Assembly (NCBI GenBank): GCA_963722305.1
Contig: CAVRKE010000001.1
Span: forward strand, 567,549 to 608,320
Direction: 5' to 3'
Source of the DNA: Candidatus Levyibacteriota bacterium
GTDB taxonomy: Bacteria; Patescibacteriota; Microgenomatia; Levybacterales; UBA12049
DNA length: 40,772 nucleotides
Of the stretch, positions 16,767 to 25,471 are shown piece after piece; position 1 is the first letter of the stretch; every line of letters begins with the position of its first letter. The translations under genes and the position numbers were made by a program. Under the pieces are notes generated by a model, which worked only from the letters and a program-made list of their open reading frames with translations, searched no databases and was not told the origin of the DNA.

Positions 16767-17582
16767 TTAAACCCTTTTAGGTAAGACTTTAAATCTGGGA
16801 GCTTTTGGAGCCTGAAATAACGTAAAATCTGTAATTAGTGAATCCGGATTAGAAGACAAAACACTATCTCCCGGTGGTATTTGTTCATATCCAAACTGTC
16901 TTAGAGAATCAACTCCCGCAAGTAAGTTTGGAACATACTTATAACCACCAGGCAATGGCATTCTGCCTAACGCCAATGTTCCTATTTCCGGATCAAGCAC
17001 AGTCCCAATAGTTCTTAACAATGCGTCATTTAAAGGAGCCGTAAATCCGGTCATTCTGGCCATAATAATTAATTGTGCTTTTTCATCGCCTAAATAATCT
17101 TTTAACTCCACCGCATCAAACGCGTGAAAATCAACTAATTTTTTTCTGACAGCGTATTCAAGATATTCTCCATTTTTAATGCTTAAGGACGGAGGGTCAC
17201 CAAAACTTCCATAAAACTGATCGGCGCTTGGCACAGAATTTAAATTTGTGGCAATAAGCTTTGCCTTACGCTCGCTTATTAAGCGATACATGACTCCGGC
17301 AACGCTTAATTTACAAAGTGTCACGGCGGCACAGGCGCCAAAATCAACAATAGTTACTTTTTCTCTACCCTGATCAAGCACGAATCTTGCATAACGCTCT
17401 ATCATATCGCCAAAACTAATTTGCGTATGTTCCTCTCCCCATAAAACAGGCATCCGATATTCTCCTACAACTCCAAGCGAGCTATTAACTGTGTCTCTGA
17501 AATCGGCAGACCCATAATTAAGCTCCATATCTCTTTTTAAAGCAGTATCTTGCTGAATTCTTGTTCTATCATTTTCTAACAT
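16767..17582 (-). CDS. Hypothetical protein (weak Rossmann/methyltransferase-like motif)
   Basis: 271-aa ORF. The only hint is VTIVDFGACAAV, which resembles SAM-binding motif I. That is not sufficient for a functional call. Confidence 0.5.
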   Translation of the reverse strand: MLENDRTRIQQDTALKRDMELNYGSADFRDTVNSSLGVVGEYRMPVLWGEEHTQISFGDMIERYARFVLDQGREKVTIVDFGACAAVTLCKLSVAGVMYRLISERKAKLIATNLNSVPSADQFYGSFGDPPSLSIKNGEYLEYAVRKKLVDFHAFDAVELKDYLGDEKAQLIIMARMTGFTAPLNDALLRTIGTVLDPEIGTLALGRMPLPGGYKYVPNLLAGVDSLRQFGYEQIPPGDSVLSSNPDSLITDFTLFQAPKAPRFKVLPKRV

Positions 17583-17627
17583 AGCGGTTAATGATAATGT
17601 AAAAAGGAGGTAAAGTCAAACTATAAG

Positions 17628-18902
17628 TCAAAATTTGAGAAGTTTCTCGAACTTTTGTCTATTGTCAAAATTGCCAATCACTGCTAAATTGAGACCGTTT
17701 TCTTTGAAATATTTTTGGGCGACGTTTTGCACATCTTCAACCGTGATTTTATCAACCTTGGCAATAATTTCCTCCGGAGTTTCGATTTTCTTCTCCAAAA
17801 TCTCCGCTTGGGCAAAATAGCCGGCGACCGAACGGCTGTCTTCCAACTCCAGCACGAAATGTCCTTTTAAATATTCCTTGGCCTTGTTAAGTTCGGCAGT
17901 AGTGATGCCGGACTTTGCACCGGCAATTTTGGCATATTCGCTAACGATAACCGCAATCCCCTCTTCTGCCCTTTTTGGGTCCAAACCGGCGGTGGAAACT
18001 AAGTTCCCCACGTCTTGATAGTGTTCCGAGCTGGTTCTGACGTAATAAGCCAGTCCCCGCTTCTCCCTAACCTCCGAAAATAAACGCGAACTCATGCCGC
18101 CGCCCAAAATCGCCGAAAGTACCGAAAGAGCGTGTTTTTCCTCGTTGTTGATTGGAACCGTCCTGAATCCAATGGCAATATGCACTTGTTCTGTTTTTTT
18201 CTGTTGTATAAAAAGAGCCGGTTTGAGCTGGTTTTCTGGTTGTTTCTCATAATTTAACGTATCGAAACGCTTCATTTGGCCGAAATAATTTTCGACTTTC
18301 TGTTCTATTTCGGCTGAGTCTATACCACCGGCGACAACGACGGTTAAATTGCTGGCGCTGTAAAGGCTTTGCAAGTAATCGACAAAATTTTGTCGGTTGA
18401 CGCTCTCGATGACCTCTTTGCTGCCGATAATTTCCCAACCAAGCGGTGTATCACCGTACAACAGAATTTCGTAAATGTCACCGATATGCCTACTCGGTGT
18501 ATCTTCATAAAGGTTTTTTTCTTCCAAAATGACGCCTTTTTCTTTGTCGATTTCGGATGAATCAAGTTTTGAGTTTTGCAGCATATCGGAAAGGACATCC
18601 AGGCACAAATCCACGTTGTTAGCAGCGGCTTTGACGTAAAATCCGGTCACTTCTTTGCTGGTAAAGGCATTGCACTCTCCACCAACGCCGTCGATTAAAG
18701 AAGCGATTTCCATGGCCGTCGGGCGCTTGTTGGTCCCCTTAAACGCCATGTGTTCCAAAAAATGGGAAATACCGTTATTCTTACGGGTTTCATATCTTGA
18801 GCCGGCACCAACCATCACCATGGCTGTGGCGCTTTCAAACGACGGCATCGGAACAGTAATTACTCTTAAACCGTTAGCGAGAACTTTTCTTTGATAATTC
18901 AT
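17628..18902 (-). CDS. M16-family zinc metallopeptidase (pitrilysin-like)
   Basis: It has the inverted zinc motif HFLEHMAFKGT (HxxEH) and a two-domain length of 424 aa. Confidence 0.88.
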   Translation of the reverse strand: MNYQRKVLANGLRVITVPMPSFESATAMVMVGAGSRYETRKNNGISHFLEHMAFKGTNKRPTAMEIASLIDGVGGECNAFTSKEVTGFYVKAAANNVDLCLDVLSDMLQNSKLDSSEIDKEKGVILEEKNLYEDTPSRHIGDIYEILLYGDTPLGWEIIGSKEVIESVNRQNFVDYLQSLYSASNLTVVVAGGIDSAEIEQKVENYFGQMKRFDTLNYEKQPENQLKPALFIQQKKTEQVHIAIGFRTVPINNEEKHALSVLSAILGGGMSSRLFSEVREKRGLAYYVRTSSEHYQDVGNLVSTAGLDPKRAEEGIAVIVSEYAKIAGAKSGITTAELNKAKEYLKGHFVLELEDSRSVAGYFAQAEILEKKIETPEEIIAKVDKITVEDVQNVAQKYFKENGLNLAVIGNFDNRQKFEKLLKF

Positions 18903-18943
18903 TGAGAACTATTATAACAAGTTGCAGAGGCTTTTGAAATAGA

Positions 18944-20647
18944 TCACATGTGCTCAGGCGCACTAACTCCTAAGAGACTGAGGGTGTTTTTGAGCGTGAT
19001 TTGGGTGGCTTTAAGAAGCGCAAGTCTTGATTGAGTCAATTTTTCGTCTTTATTGATAACCTGACGCACTTCGTAGAATTTATGGAACAAAGTCGCAATT
19101 TCTAAGGCGTAGGTGGTGAGTGGATTGACTTCCAAAGTCTTCACCGCTTCTTCGACCAAATACGGCAATTTAAGCAAATGCCTGATTAATTCGATTTCTT
19201 CTTGAGCGGTAAGTAGCGACAAATCAGCCTTATTCTTAATTCTTAATTCTTCATTCTTAATTCTCGCGAATATGGAGCATATTCGCGAGTGCGCATACTG
19301 GACATAAAATACCGGGTTATCCGCCGCTCTCTTTTTCGCCAGTTCCAGATCAAAATCCATGTGCGTTTGACTGCGTGGCGTGAGTAAGAAAAACCTGAAG
19401 GCGTCCTTGCCGACTTCGTCCAAGACTTCCCGCGCGGTGACAAAATCTCCGGCGCGTTTACTCATTTTTACTACTTCTTCTCCTCTTTTTAAGCGTACCC
19501 ACTGATACAAAACAACTCGCAACATATCAGGATTATAGCCCAACGCTTTGACCACCGCTTTCATTCGCGGCACGTGCCCGGAGTGATTTGCGCCCCAAAT
19601 ATTTATAACCAAACCATCTTGACCAACCCGCTCAAATTTTTCGTCGTGGAGGGCAATATCGGTTGAGAAATAGGTAAATTCTCCGTCTGATTTTCTGACA
19701 ACTGTTTCGCGGTCTTTTAAGAATTCGTCGGCAGGAGCAAACCACTCTGCCCCATCCTTGCTTTTGATAAATTTTTGAATTTTTGAAAGCACTCCAGGAA
19801 CTTTTTTCCGAAAATCCGATTCTTTGCTGATAATGTCGTATTTGATACCCATTGTCTCGCAGTCTTTGAGGATTTCCGCAAGCATGATTTCGACCGCCAC
19901 CTTGCCCGCTTCTTCCATAAATTTTTCAGGCGATAAGTCCTGGTCTTTGTCCTGCAGCGTTTCTTCGACATCCTGAGCTAGTTCTCTAATATATTCACCA
20001 AGATATTGCATTTCGTAGCCTTCCTGCTTCTGGTCCGGGTGCAAAGTAAAGTAAATTGCCTCACCCAAGCGCTCCACCTGACCACCGACATCGTTATGCC
20101 AATATTCGCGGATTACTTCATAACCGGCTTTTTTGAAGATGTTGGCTAAGCTGTCGCCAAGCGGGCCACCGCGGGCATTGCCGATGTGCAATGGGCCGGT
20201 CGGGTTAGCGGAAACAAACTCGACACTGACTTTTTTGCCTTTTCCGATTGCCAGCGAGCCATAATCGTCGCCTTGCTCGATAATGTTTTGAACTTGACTC
20301 TGCAGATATTTTTTAGAAAAGTAGAAATTGATAAAGCCCGGTTTTGCTGGTTCAATTTTTTCAAAAATATCCAAGTTTTCACGTCTAAGTACCTCAACAG
20401 CGTACCCTGCAAACTCAAAAGGATTTTTACCCCAAATTCTATCTTTATCTTTTACTACATTGAATTCCCCTACATGCGCGTCTGTTGTTGCTGCCACTAA
20501 ACGGTAATAGACCATTGCGAAGTTTGACGAAAAATCCCCATTAATTGAATCCTTCGGTTTTTCAATCTTGAAATCAAGGACTGAAACTTCAAGATCATCA
20601 GCGATTTTCTGTAAGGCTTTTTGAATTTTTTCTTTCGCTTCTTCCAT
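18944..20647 (-). CDS. argS: Arginine--tRNA ligase
   Basis: Contains SANPTGPLHIGNARGG (the HIGH region), MSKRAG (KMSKS-like) and the DALR-type C-terminal YAHSRICSI. Confidence 0.93.
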   Translation of the reverse strand: MEEAKEKIQKALQKIADDLEVSVLDFKIEKPKDSINGDFSSNFAMVYYRLVAATTDAHVGEFNVVKDKDRIWGKNPFEFAGYAVEVLRRENLDIFEKIEPAKPGFINFYFSKKYLQSQVQNIIEQGDDYGSLAIGKGKKVSVEFVSANPTGPLHIGNARGGPLGDSLANIFKKAGYEVIREYWHNDVGGQVERLGEAIYFTLHPDQKQEGYEMQYLGEYIRELAQDVEETLQDKDQDLSPEKFMEEAGKVAVEIMLAEILKDCETMGIKYDIISKESDFRKKVPGVLSKIQKFIKSKDGAEWFAPADEFLKDRETVVRKSDGEFTYFSTDIALHDEKFERVGQDGLVINIWGANHSGHVPRMKAVVKALGYNPDMLRVVLYQWVRLKRGEEVVKMSKRAGDFVTAREVLDEVGKDAFRFFLLTPRSQTHMDFDLELAKKRAADNPVFYVQYAHSRICSIFARIKNEELRIKNKADLSLLTAQEEIELIRHLLKLPYLVEEAVKTLEVNPLTTYALEIATLFHKFYEVRQVINKDEKLTQSRLALLKATQITLKNTLSLLGVSAPEHM

Positions 20648-20770
20648 TTCATTCTCATTTTAGCATATTCGATTGAACATATTCCCTGCACTTGCAAAAA
20701 AGCTCCCAATATTCTAAGATACAACCTAACTAAATTTGCTATAATCATAGCTTAACCTGAATTAATCACT

Positions 20771-21499
20771 ATGCTATCCGTTCTTGCGTACAATATTCAC
20801 TTTGGCAAAAAATTGAAGCTGATTGAAAAATGGCTGTTAAAGCGGCCGACTAAGTTTGACATCATTTGCCTGCAAGAATTTCCTTTTAGTAAAGACTCTT
20901 CTTTTTTGCAGACTTTTCAAAAACAGGGTTACGGCTTTAAATTTGCCCCTTCGTCTTTTTTAACCAAACCGTTTTTGGGCAACAGCGACTTGTATGGCGA
21001 ACTAACCCTCTACAACAGCAAAAAAGTAAAATTAATAAACCACAAGGTGGCTAAGCTGGGCGCAAATTTTTTGGAGAAAAGATTTCGGGTGCAGGGCGAA
21101 AAAACTTCCCTGATGACACTTTTTAAGTACAAAAACAAAAAGATTGTCATGGCCAACTCCCAACTGGTTTGTTATACCCTTAACTCAAGGCGCATCAACC
21201 AAATTTCCAAAATAATCAAAAACGTCAAGGCGATGGGTAACCACCATTCCGGCTCCTCAACCGTAATTCTAGGCGATTTTAACTATACTTCCAGAATCAG
21301 GCAGAAAAAATTGATTGAATTTATGACTAAAAACGACCTATTAAATGCTTATACCACTAACACCCACAAATTTTTCTTTGTCACGCAGCAGCTGGATTAC
21401 GTTTTCTATAACGGTTGCGTAGTTAAAAATGCCACCGTCGGAAAAGTCAAATATTCCGACCATTTCCCCGTCTGGTTTGATATCGATTTTACGAAATAA
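20771..21499 (+). CDS. Endonuclease/exonuclease/phosphatase (EEP) family protein
   Basis: Contains IICLQEFPF, ILGDFNY and YSDHFPVWFDI, which are canonical EEP motifs. Confidence 0.8.
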   Translation: MLSVLAYNIHFGKKLKLIEKWLLKRPTKFDIICLQEFPFSKDSSFLQTFQKQGYGFKFAPSSFLTKPFLGNSDLYGELTLYNSKKVKLINHKVAKLGANFLEKRFRVQGEKTSLMTLFKYKNKKIVMANSQLVCYTLNSRRINQISKIIKNVKAMGNHHSGSSTVILGDFNYTSRIRQKKLIEFMTKNDLLNAYTTNTHKFFFVTQQLDYVFYNGCVVKNATVGKVKYSDHFPVWFDIDFTK

Positions 21500-21543
21500 G
21501 CCCTTGCAATTTATGATTATTGCTGCTAGGGTTAATAGTAGGT

Positions 21544-21912
21544 ATGAAAGTACTTTTTATTGACGACGACGAGGATTTAATAGAAATTTTCTCTACCGCT
21601 TTAGTGAAGGAGGGTTTTGAAGTTGACTCCACCCTTACCGGACAGGACGGATTAAACAAAGCCAAAAGCGATAAGCCGGACATTGTTATTTTAGATCAGG
21701 TCATGCCTGACATGGCCGGGAATGATGTCTTACGCTTACTAAAAGAGGACGAAACAACCAAAAATATCCCCGTTATTCTTCTCTCCAATTTCAGCCAGGA
21801 GGAGTTGGTCAGAGGAGCGATTGAGCACGGCGCAGTTGATTATCTGTTTAAATACCAGGTTGAGCCCAAGGACGTAGTTTTAAAAGTAAAAGAGGCTCTA
21901 AAAATTCAATAA
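21544..21912 (+). CDS. Stand-alone response-regulator receiver domain (CheY-like)
   Basis: Contains MKVLFIDDDEDL, DIVILDQVMPDMAG and a conserved Lys region, with no output domain. The track start is TTG 21520; I preferred ATG 21544. Confidence 0.85.
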   Translation: MKVLFIDDDEDLIEIFSTALVKEGFEVDSTLTGQDGLNKAKSDKPDIVILDQVMPDMAGNDVLRLLKEDETTKNIPVILLSNFSQEELVRGAIEHGAVDYLFKYQVEPKDVVLKVKEALKIQ

Positions 21913-21914
21913 CC

Positions 21915-22280
21915 ATGCAACCGGCTGCCAACACAGATTATAAAAAACTCTTGACCGAGGTTATCCAAAAACAAATGGTTATCTTGGGCCCAAGTATTAC
22001 TCTCGCCAAAGCCAGAAATGTCAAAGGCTTGACGGTTGCCGATGACGGAACAGTGGTCAATATTGAAGGGCAACCACAGGCCTTAATCCAGGGGCTAATC
22101 GACCAGTTCGTGCAACTGTCCGGCTTAATTGTCAAAAAAACCATGGAACCGCTGTTGTCAATGTATCCAACCGGAGTAGCAGAAACAATTGTCAACCCAA
22201 CCACCCAAACTCCGGCAGCCACTGAAGCTCCCGCCCAAGCGCCAACCGCAGATAGCGTCAGCGAAAGGACAGCGCCATGA
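21915..22280 (+). CDS. Hypothetical protein in the two-component operon
   Basis: 121-aa ORF starting 3 nt after the regulator's stop. It has a Pro/Thr/Ala-rich tail and no motif I recognise. Confidence 0.55.
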   Translation: MQPAANTDYKKLLTEVIQKQMVILGPSITLAKARNVKGLTVADDGTVVNIEGQPQALIQGLIDQFVQLSGLIVKKTMEPLLSMYPTGVAETIVNPTTQTPAATEAPAQAPTADSVSERTAP

Positions 22281-22621
22281 TTGACCTACAAAAATTATTA
22301 ACGATTGTGATTGAAGCAGCCTCATTTATTGCCGCGCTGGCTTCGGTGGCGGCCGGAGTGATTATGGCCAGCGTCACCAAAAAGTTCGGAACGGGAATTT
22401 TGGCCAACGGCTTCAAAGTCATTTCCATCGGGGTGCTGTTTATAGCTGCAGCCATTGTAATCGATGCCATTGAGTCGTATATTTTGGTTTCTTCCTCAAC
22501 CCTCACCTCAATCATTCTAATTTTGCTTTTGATTAAAGCTCCTTTTTTCCTTATCGGCACATATTTGATAGTTATCGGCAGCAAAAAAACCGGCGACAAA
22601 TTGGAATCCCTCACGAAATAG
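22277..22621 (+). CDS. Small integral membrane protein (3 predicted TM helices)
   Basis: 114-aa hydrophobic ORF with a 4-nt overlap with the preceding gene. Confidence 0.6.
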   Translation: MIDLQKLLTIVIEAASFIAALASVAAGVIMASVTKKFGTGILANGFKVISIGVLFIAAAIVIDAIESYILVSSSTLTSIILILLLIKAPFFLIGTYLIVIGSKKTGDKLESLTK

Positions 22622-22662
22622 CTTCGCTAAAATTTACAATTCCCATTTACCAATTTTCATTG

Positions 22663-22680
22663 AATAACCAATTGGTTATT
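22663..22680. promoter_or_regulatory. Perfect 18-bp palindrome AATAACCAATTGGTTATT upstream of the histidine kinase gene
   Basis: Read directly from the sequence. It sits in the 143-nt gap before the kinase ATG, within an AT-rich array of 7-nt periodicity (TAAATTG AAAATTG TTGCTTG AAAATTG). A function as an operator is speculation. Confidence 0.3.
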
Positions 22681-22764
22681 GAAAATTCATTGTAAATTGA
22701 AAATTGTTGCTTGAAAATTGATTCCACATTTGACATTTGCGGTTTGACATCTAATACTTAAAGT

Positions 22765-24504
22765 ATGACCATAGCCCTCTTTAACTACGCCGGAATTGGG
22801 GTAACCGCAATTTTAGCAATTACTTTAATTGTTTTGTCGGTTAAACAAAGACAGGCGCGAACAGAGCTTGTGCAAAAAGAGGCCGTTGAAAAGCAAAGGC
22901 TTTACCAAATTTTGATTTTAAAGGAAATTCAGGACCGCATTGGTTATTCTTTGGATGCGGAGAAAATCATTGACGTTATCACCAGTAGCCTTAAATACCT
23001 TTTCCCCTACTCTTCGGCTTCAAGCATTATCCTCAAAAGCGAAAAGCTGGTTTTTAAAATTTATATGGAAGAAAATATCAATTCAAATTTCGTTATCCAG
23101 GTCAAAAAAACCATGCTGGCCTCGCTTACGGCATTAGTTGGAAACCTCCCCCAGCAGCTGGAAGAAACCATGTTTGGTATCCCTCTGGATGAAACAAAAC
23201 AAAAAACCGTCGCCTCTTTTTTTAACATTCCGGTGATTGTTGGCAACCGGGTTGTCGGCTTAATCAATGTTTCCTCGACCAAAAAAAATGCCTACAAAGA
23301 GGAAATTACCATTATTTATCAAATCGTCGCCCAGGCAACCAATGCCTTATCAAAGCTGGAATATGTGCTTGAAACGGAGAAAGGTAAGCTGACAGCGATG
23401 ATTTCCAGCTTAGTTGACGGGGTTTTCATGGTCGATACCAACAAAAATCTGTTGATTATCAACGACGCGGCCAAAACTTTTCTAAACCTGACTTCTGCCG
23501 CTCCCGGTTTTGCCGATATCCTTACGGCCGTTGGCCAACAGTACAAGCTCTTGGACAAAATCAACCAGTCTTTAACCACCAACTCGGCGCTTGAGGATAA
23601 AGAAATTACCATCGGCGAGAAAATTTTTGACATCTTCATTACGCCTGTACCGAATGCGTTGGACGAAAAAAATGCTCAACCGATTGGCGCCTCAATCCTT
23701 TTCCACGATATTACGATTGAAAAATCGATTGCCACCATTAAGGAGGACTTTACGCACATGATTGTTCACGAACTGAGAGCGCCGTTGACTGCTATTAAAG
23801 ATTCCGCCGAGCTGATGATTGAGACTTTTGAAGACAAAGGCGCTTTGGAAAAAGAGCAACAGAAAAGACTACTGCAAATTATGGATATGCAATCGAAAGC
23901 GCTGTTGGAGCAAATCAATCAAGTGCTCGATGCCGCCAAAATAGAGGCCGGCAAATTTAGTATTAATAAGATATCTTCTGATATAGGAAGTATTATTCAG
24001 AATGCGATTGAGCCCTTTATGCCTCAGGCTAACAGAAAACAAATTTTAATTTCCACCGATATTTATTATCCCTTACCAAAAGTGGCAGTTGATCCGGTCC
24101 GCATCACCCAGGTGTTAAATAATCTTGTCTCCAATAGCCTCAAATTTACCCCTGCCGGAGGCAAAATACTTGTTTCAGCCAAACCCGGCGACGGGTTTAT
24201 CACTATCGGTGTGTCTGATAACGGTATCGGCATTCCGAAAAGCGACCAAAAAGATTTGTTTTCCAAATACTACCAGATTCGGACTACCCCCCACCAATTG
24301 GCCAAAAAAGGCACCGGTTTGGGATTGTATATTATTAAAGGGATAGTTGAAGCACACAATGGCACCGTTGGCTTGATTTCGGAAGGAACTAACAAGGGAA
24401 CCACCATTTATTTTAATTTGCCGATTGAAGGCGGCGGACCAAGAATTATCCAAAGACACGTCGTGAACAGTCCGGGACAAACCCCGTCGCAACTAATTAA
24501 TTAA
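22765..24504 (+). CDS. Sensor histidine kinase (TM, GAF-like, PAS-like, HisKA, HATPase_c)
   Basis: It has the H-box HELRAPLTAIKD, the N-box LNNLVSNSLKFTP, G1 DNGIGIP and G2 GTGLGLYI, plus an N-terminal TM helix. Confidence 0.9.
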   Translation: MTIALFNYAGIGVTAILAITLIVLSVKQRQARTELVQKEAVEKQRLYQILILKEIQDRIGYSLDAEKIIDVITSSLKYLFPYSSASSIILKSEKLVFKIYMEENINSNFVIQVKKTMLASLTALVGNLPQQLEETMFGIPLDETKQKTVASFFNIPVIVGNRVVGLINVSSTKKNAYKEEITIIYQIVAQATNALSKLEYVLETEKGKLTAMISSLVDGVFMVDTNKNLLIINDAAKTFLNLTSAAPGFADILTAVGQQYKLLDKINQSLTTNSALEDKEITIGEKIFDIFITPVPNALDEKNAQPIGASILFHDITIEKSIATIKEDFTHMIVHELRAPLTAIKDSAELMIETFEDKGALEKEQQKRLLQIMDMQSKALLEQINQVLDAAKIEAGKFSINKISSDIGSIIQNAIEPFMPQANRKQILISTDIYYPLPKVAVDPVRITQVLNNLVSNSLKFTPAGGKILVSAKPGDGFITIGVSDNGIGIPKSDQKDLFSKYYQIRTTPHQLAKKGTGLGLYIIKGIVEAHNGTVGLISEGTNKGTTIYFNLPIEGGGPRIIQRHVVNSPGQTPSQLIN

Positions 24505-24538
24505 TAACGCTAAAAGTCTTCCCGTCGGTCACCACTTC

Positions 24539-24571
24539 TCCCGCCCACTGCGGGATCCCGCTGCGGCGGGA
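24539..24571. terminator. GC-rich compound hairpin between convergent genes (candidate bidirectional terminator or REP-like element)
   Basis: The structure is TCCCGCC-cact-GCGGGATCCCGC-tgc-GGCGGGA. The outer stem is 7 bp and encloses a perfect 12-bp palindrome. Neither side has a U-tract, so it is not a canonical intrinsic terminator. Confidence 0.3.
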
Positions 24572-24583
24572 CACTTCCCTAAT

Positions 24584-25471
24584 CTATTCATGTCTGACAA
24601 TAAAACTGTTGCCATCAGAAATTATTTCAATATTTCCATCTTCATCTGTACGCAAAGTTTTGATGTTATGAGAGTTAAGAAGATCCAACGCGGATTTTGC
24701 CGGATGTCCGTAACGGTTGTTGGCACCGACGGAAATTATTGCCAATGCGGGACTAATTTCCGACAAGAAATAATCACTCATTCCGGTTGCGGAACCATGG
24801 TGTGGAACTTTTAAAACATCCACTTTTCCGACCACTTGAGCGACCTTATCTTCGGCAACAGACCCGGCATCGCCGGTCAAAAGGGCCCGAAAATTGCCGT
24901 AAGAAAGTAGTTGAATTAGACAATAACCATTAACATCCAGGCTAGATCCTTCTTGAGCCAAATTTTTGATATCTTGTAGTTTTAAGTTTTCCATCCATTC
25001 ATTGGTTGGCCAAACTGTGAAAAGTTGCGTTTTATCCGCAAAATCAATCCGGTCTCCGGAAAAAATATATTTGGCAGTCAGGTGTTGGACTGCTAAAGCG
25101 GCTTGTAGTCTTTTAAAAGCGGCTGTTTCATTTTTTACGTTTTCTGTAACATAATGCATCACTTTATATCGACTTAACACCGAAATCAACCCGGTTAAGT
25201 GATCCGCATGGGGGTGGGTTAAGACCATTAACTCAATGTCGTGGTCCCAAAACGGCATGTGATTTGACAAACAGTTAAGGATTGAATCATCCGGTCCACC
25301 GTCAACTAAAATGTCTGCACCGCCCGCGGTCCTTATGAAAATTCCATCCCCCTGCCCGACATTACAAACCACCAGATGTAATTTGCCGTCATTGAATTTG
25401 GCGTTTTGATAAAAGAAAAAACCGCTCAAAAAAAGTAGGCTTATCAAGGTTAAATAAAGATATTTAGTCAT
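24584..25471 (-). CDS. Metallo-beta-lactamase-fold protein corresponding to the ComEC C-terminal domain
   Basis: It has an N-terminal TM helix and the motifs LTHPHADH and VPHHGS. It overlaps the comEC channel ORF by 8 nt. Confidence 0.8.
   Translation of the reverse strand: MTKYLYLTLISLLFLSGFFFYQNAKFNDGKLHLVVCNVGQGDGIFIRTAGGADILVDGGPDDSILNCLSNHMPFWDHDIELMVLTHPHADHLTGLISVLSRYKVMHYVTENVKNETAAFKRLQAALAVQHLTAKYIFSGDRIDFADKTQLFTVWPTNEWMENLKLQDIKNLAQEGSSLDVNGYCLIQLLSYGNFRALLTGDAGSVAEDKVAQVVGKVDVLKVPHHGSATGMSDYFLSEISPALAIISVGANNRYGHPAKSALDLLNSHNIKTLRTDEDGNIEIISDGNSFIVRHE

Noticed and set aside
19263-19289. Perfect 11-bp inverted repeat CTCGCGAATAT-ggagc-ATATTCGCGAG as a terminator or regulatory hairpin
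   Set aside because: It lies inside argS and encodes the conserved HSRICSIFAR segment. There is no U-tract, so it is most likely a coincidence of coding sequence, although it abuts the heptad array.
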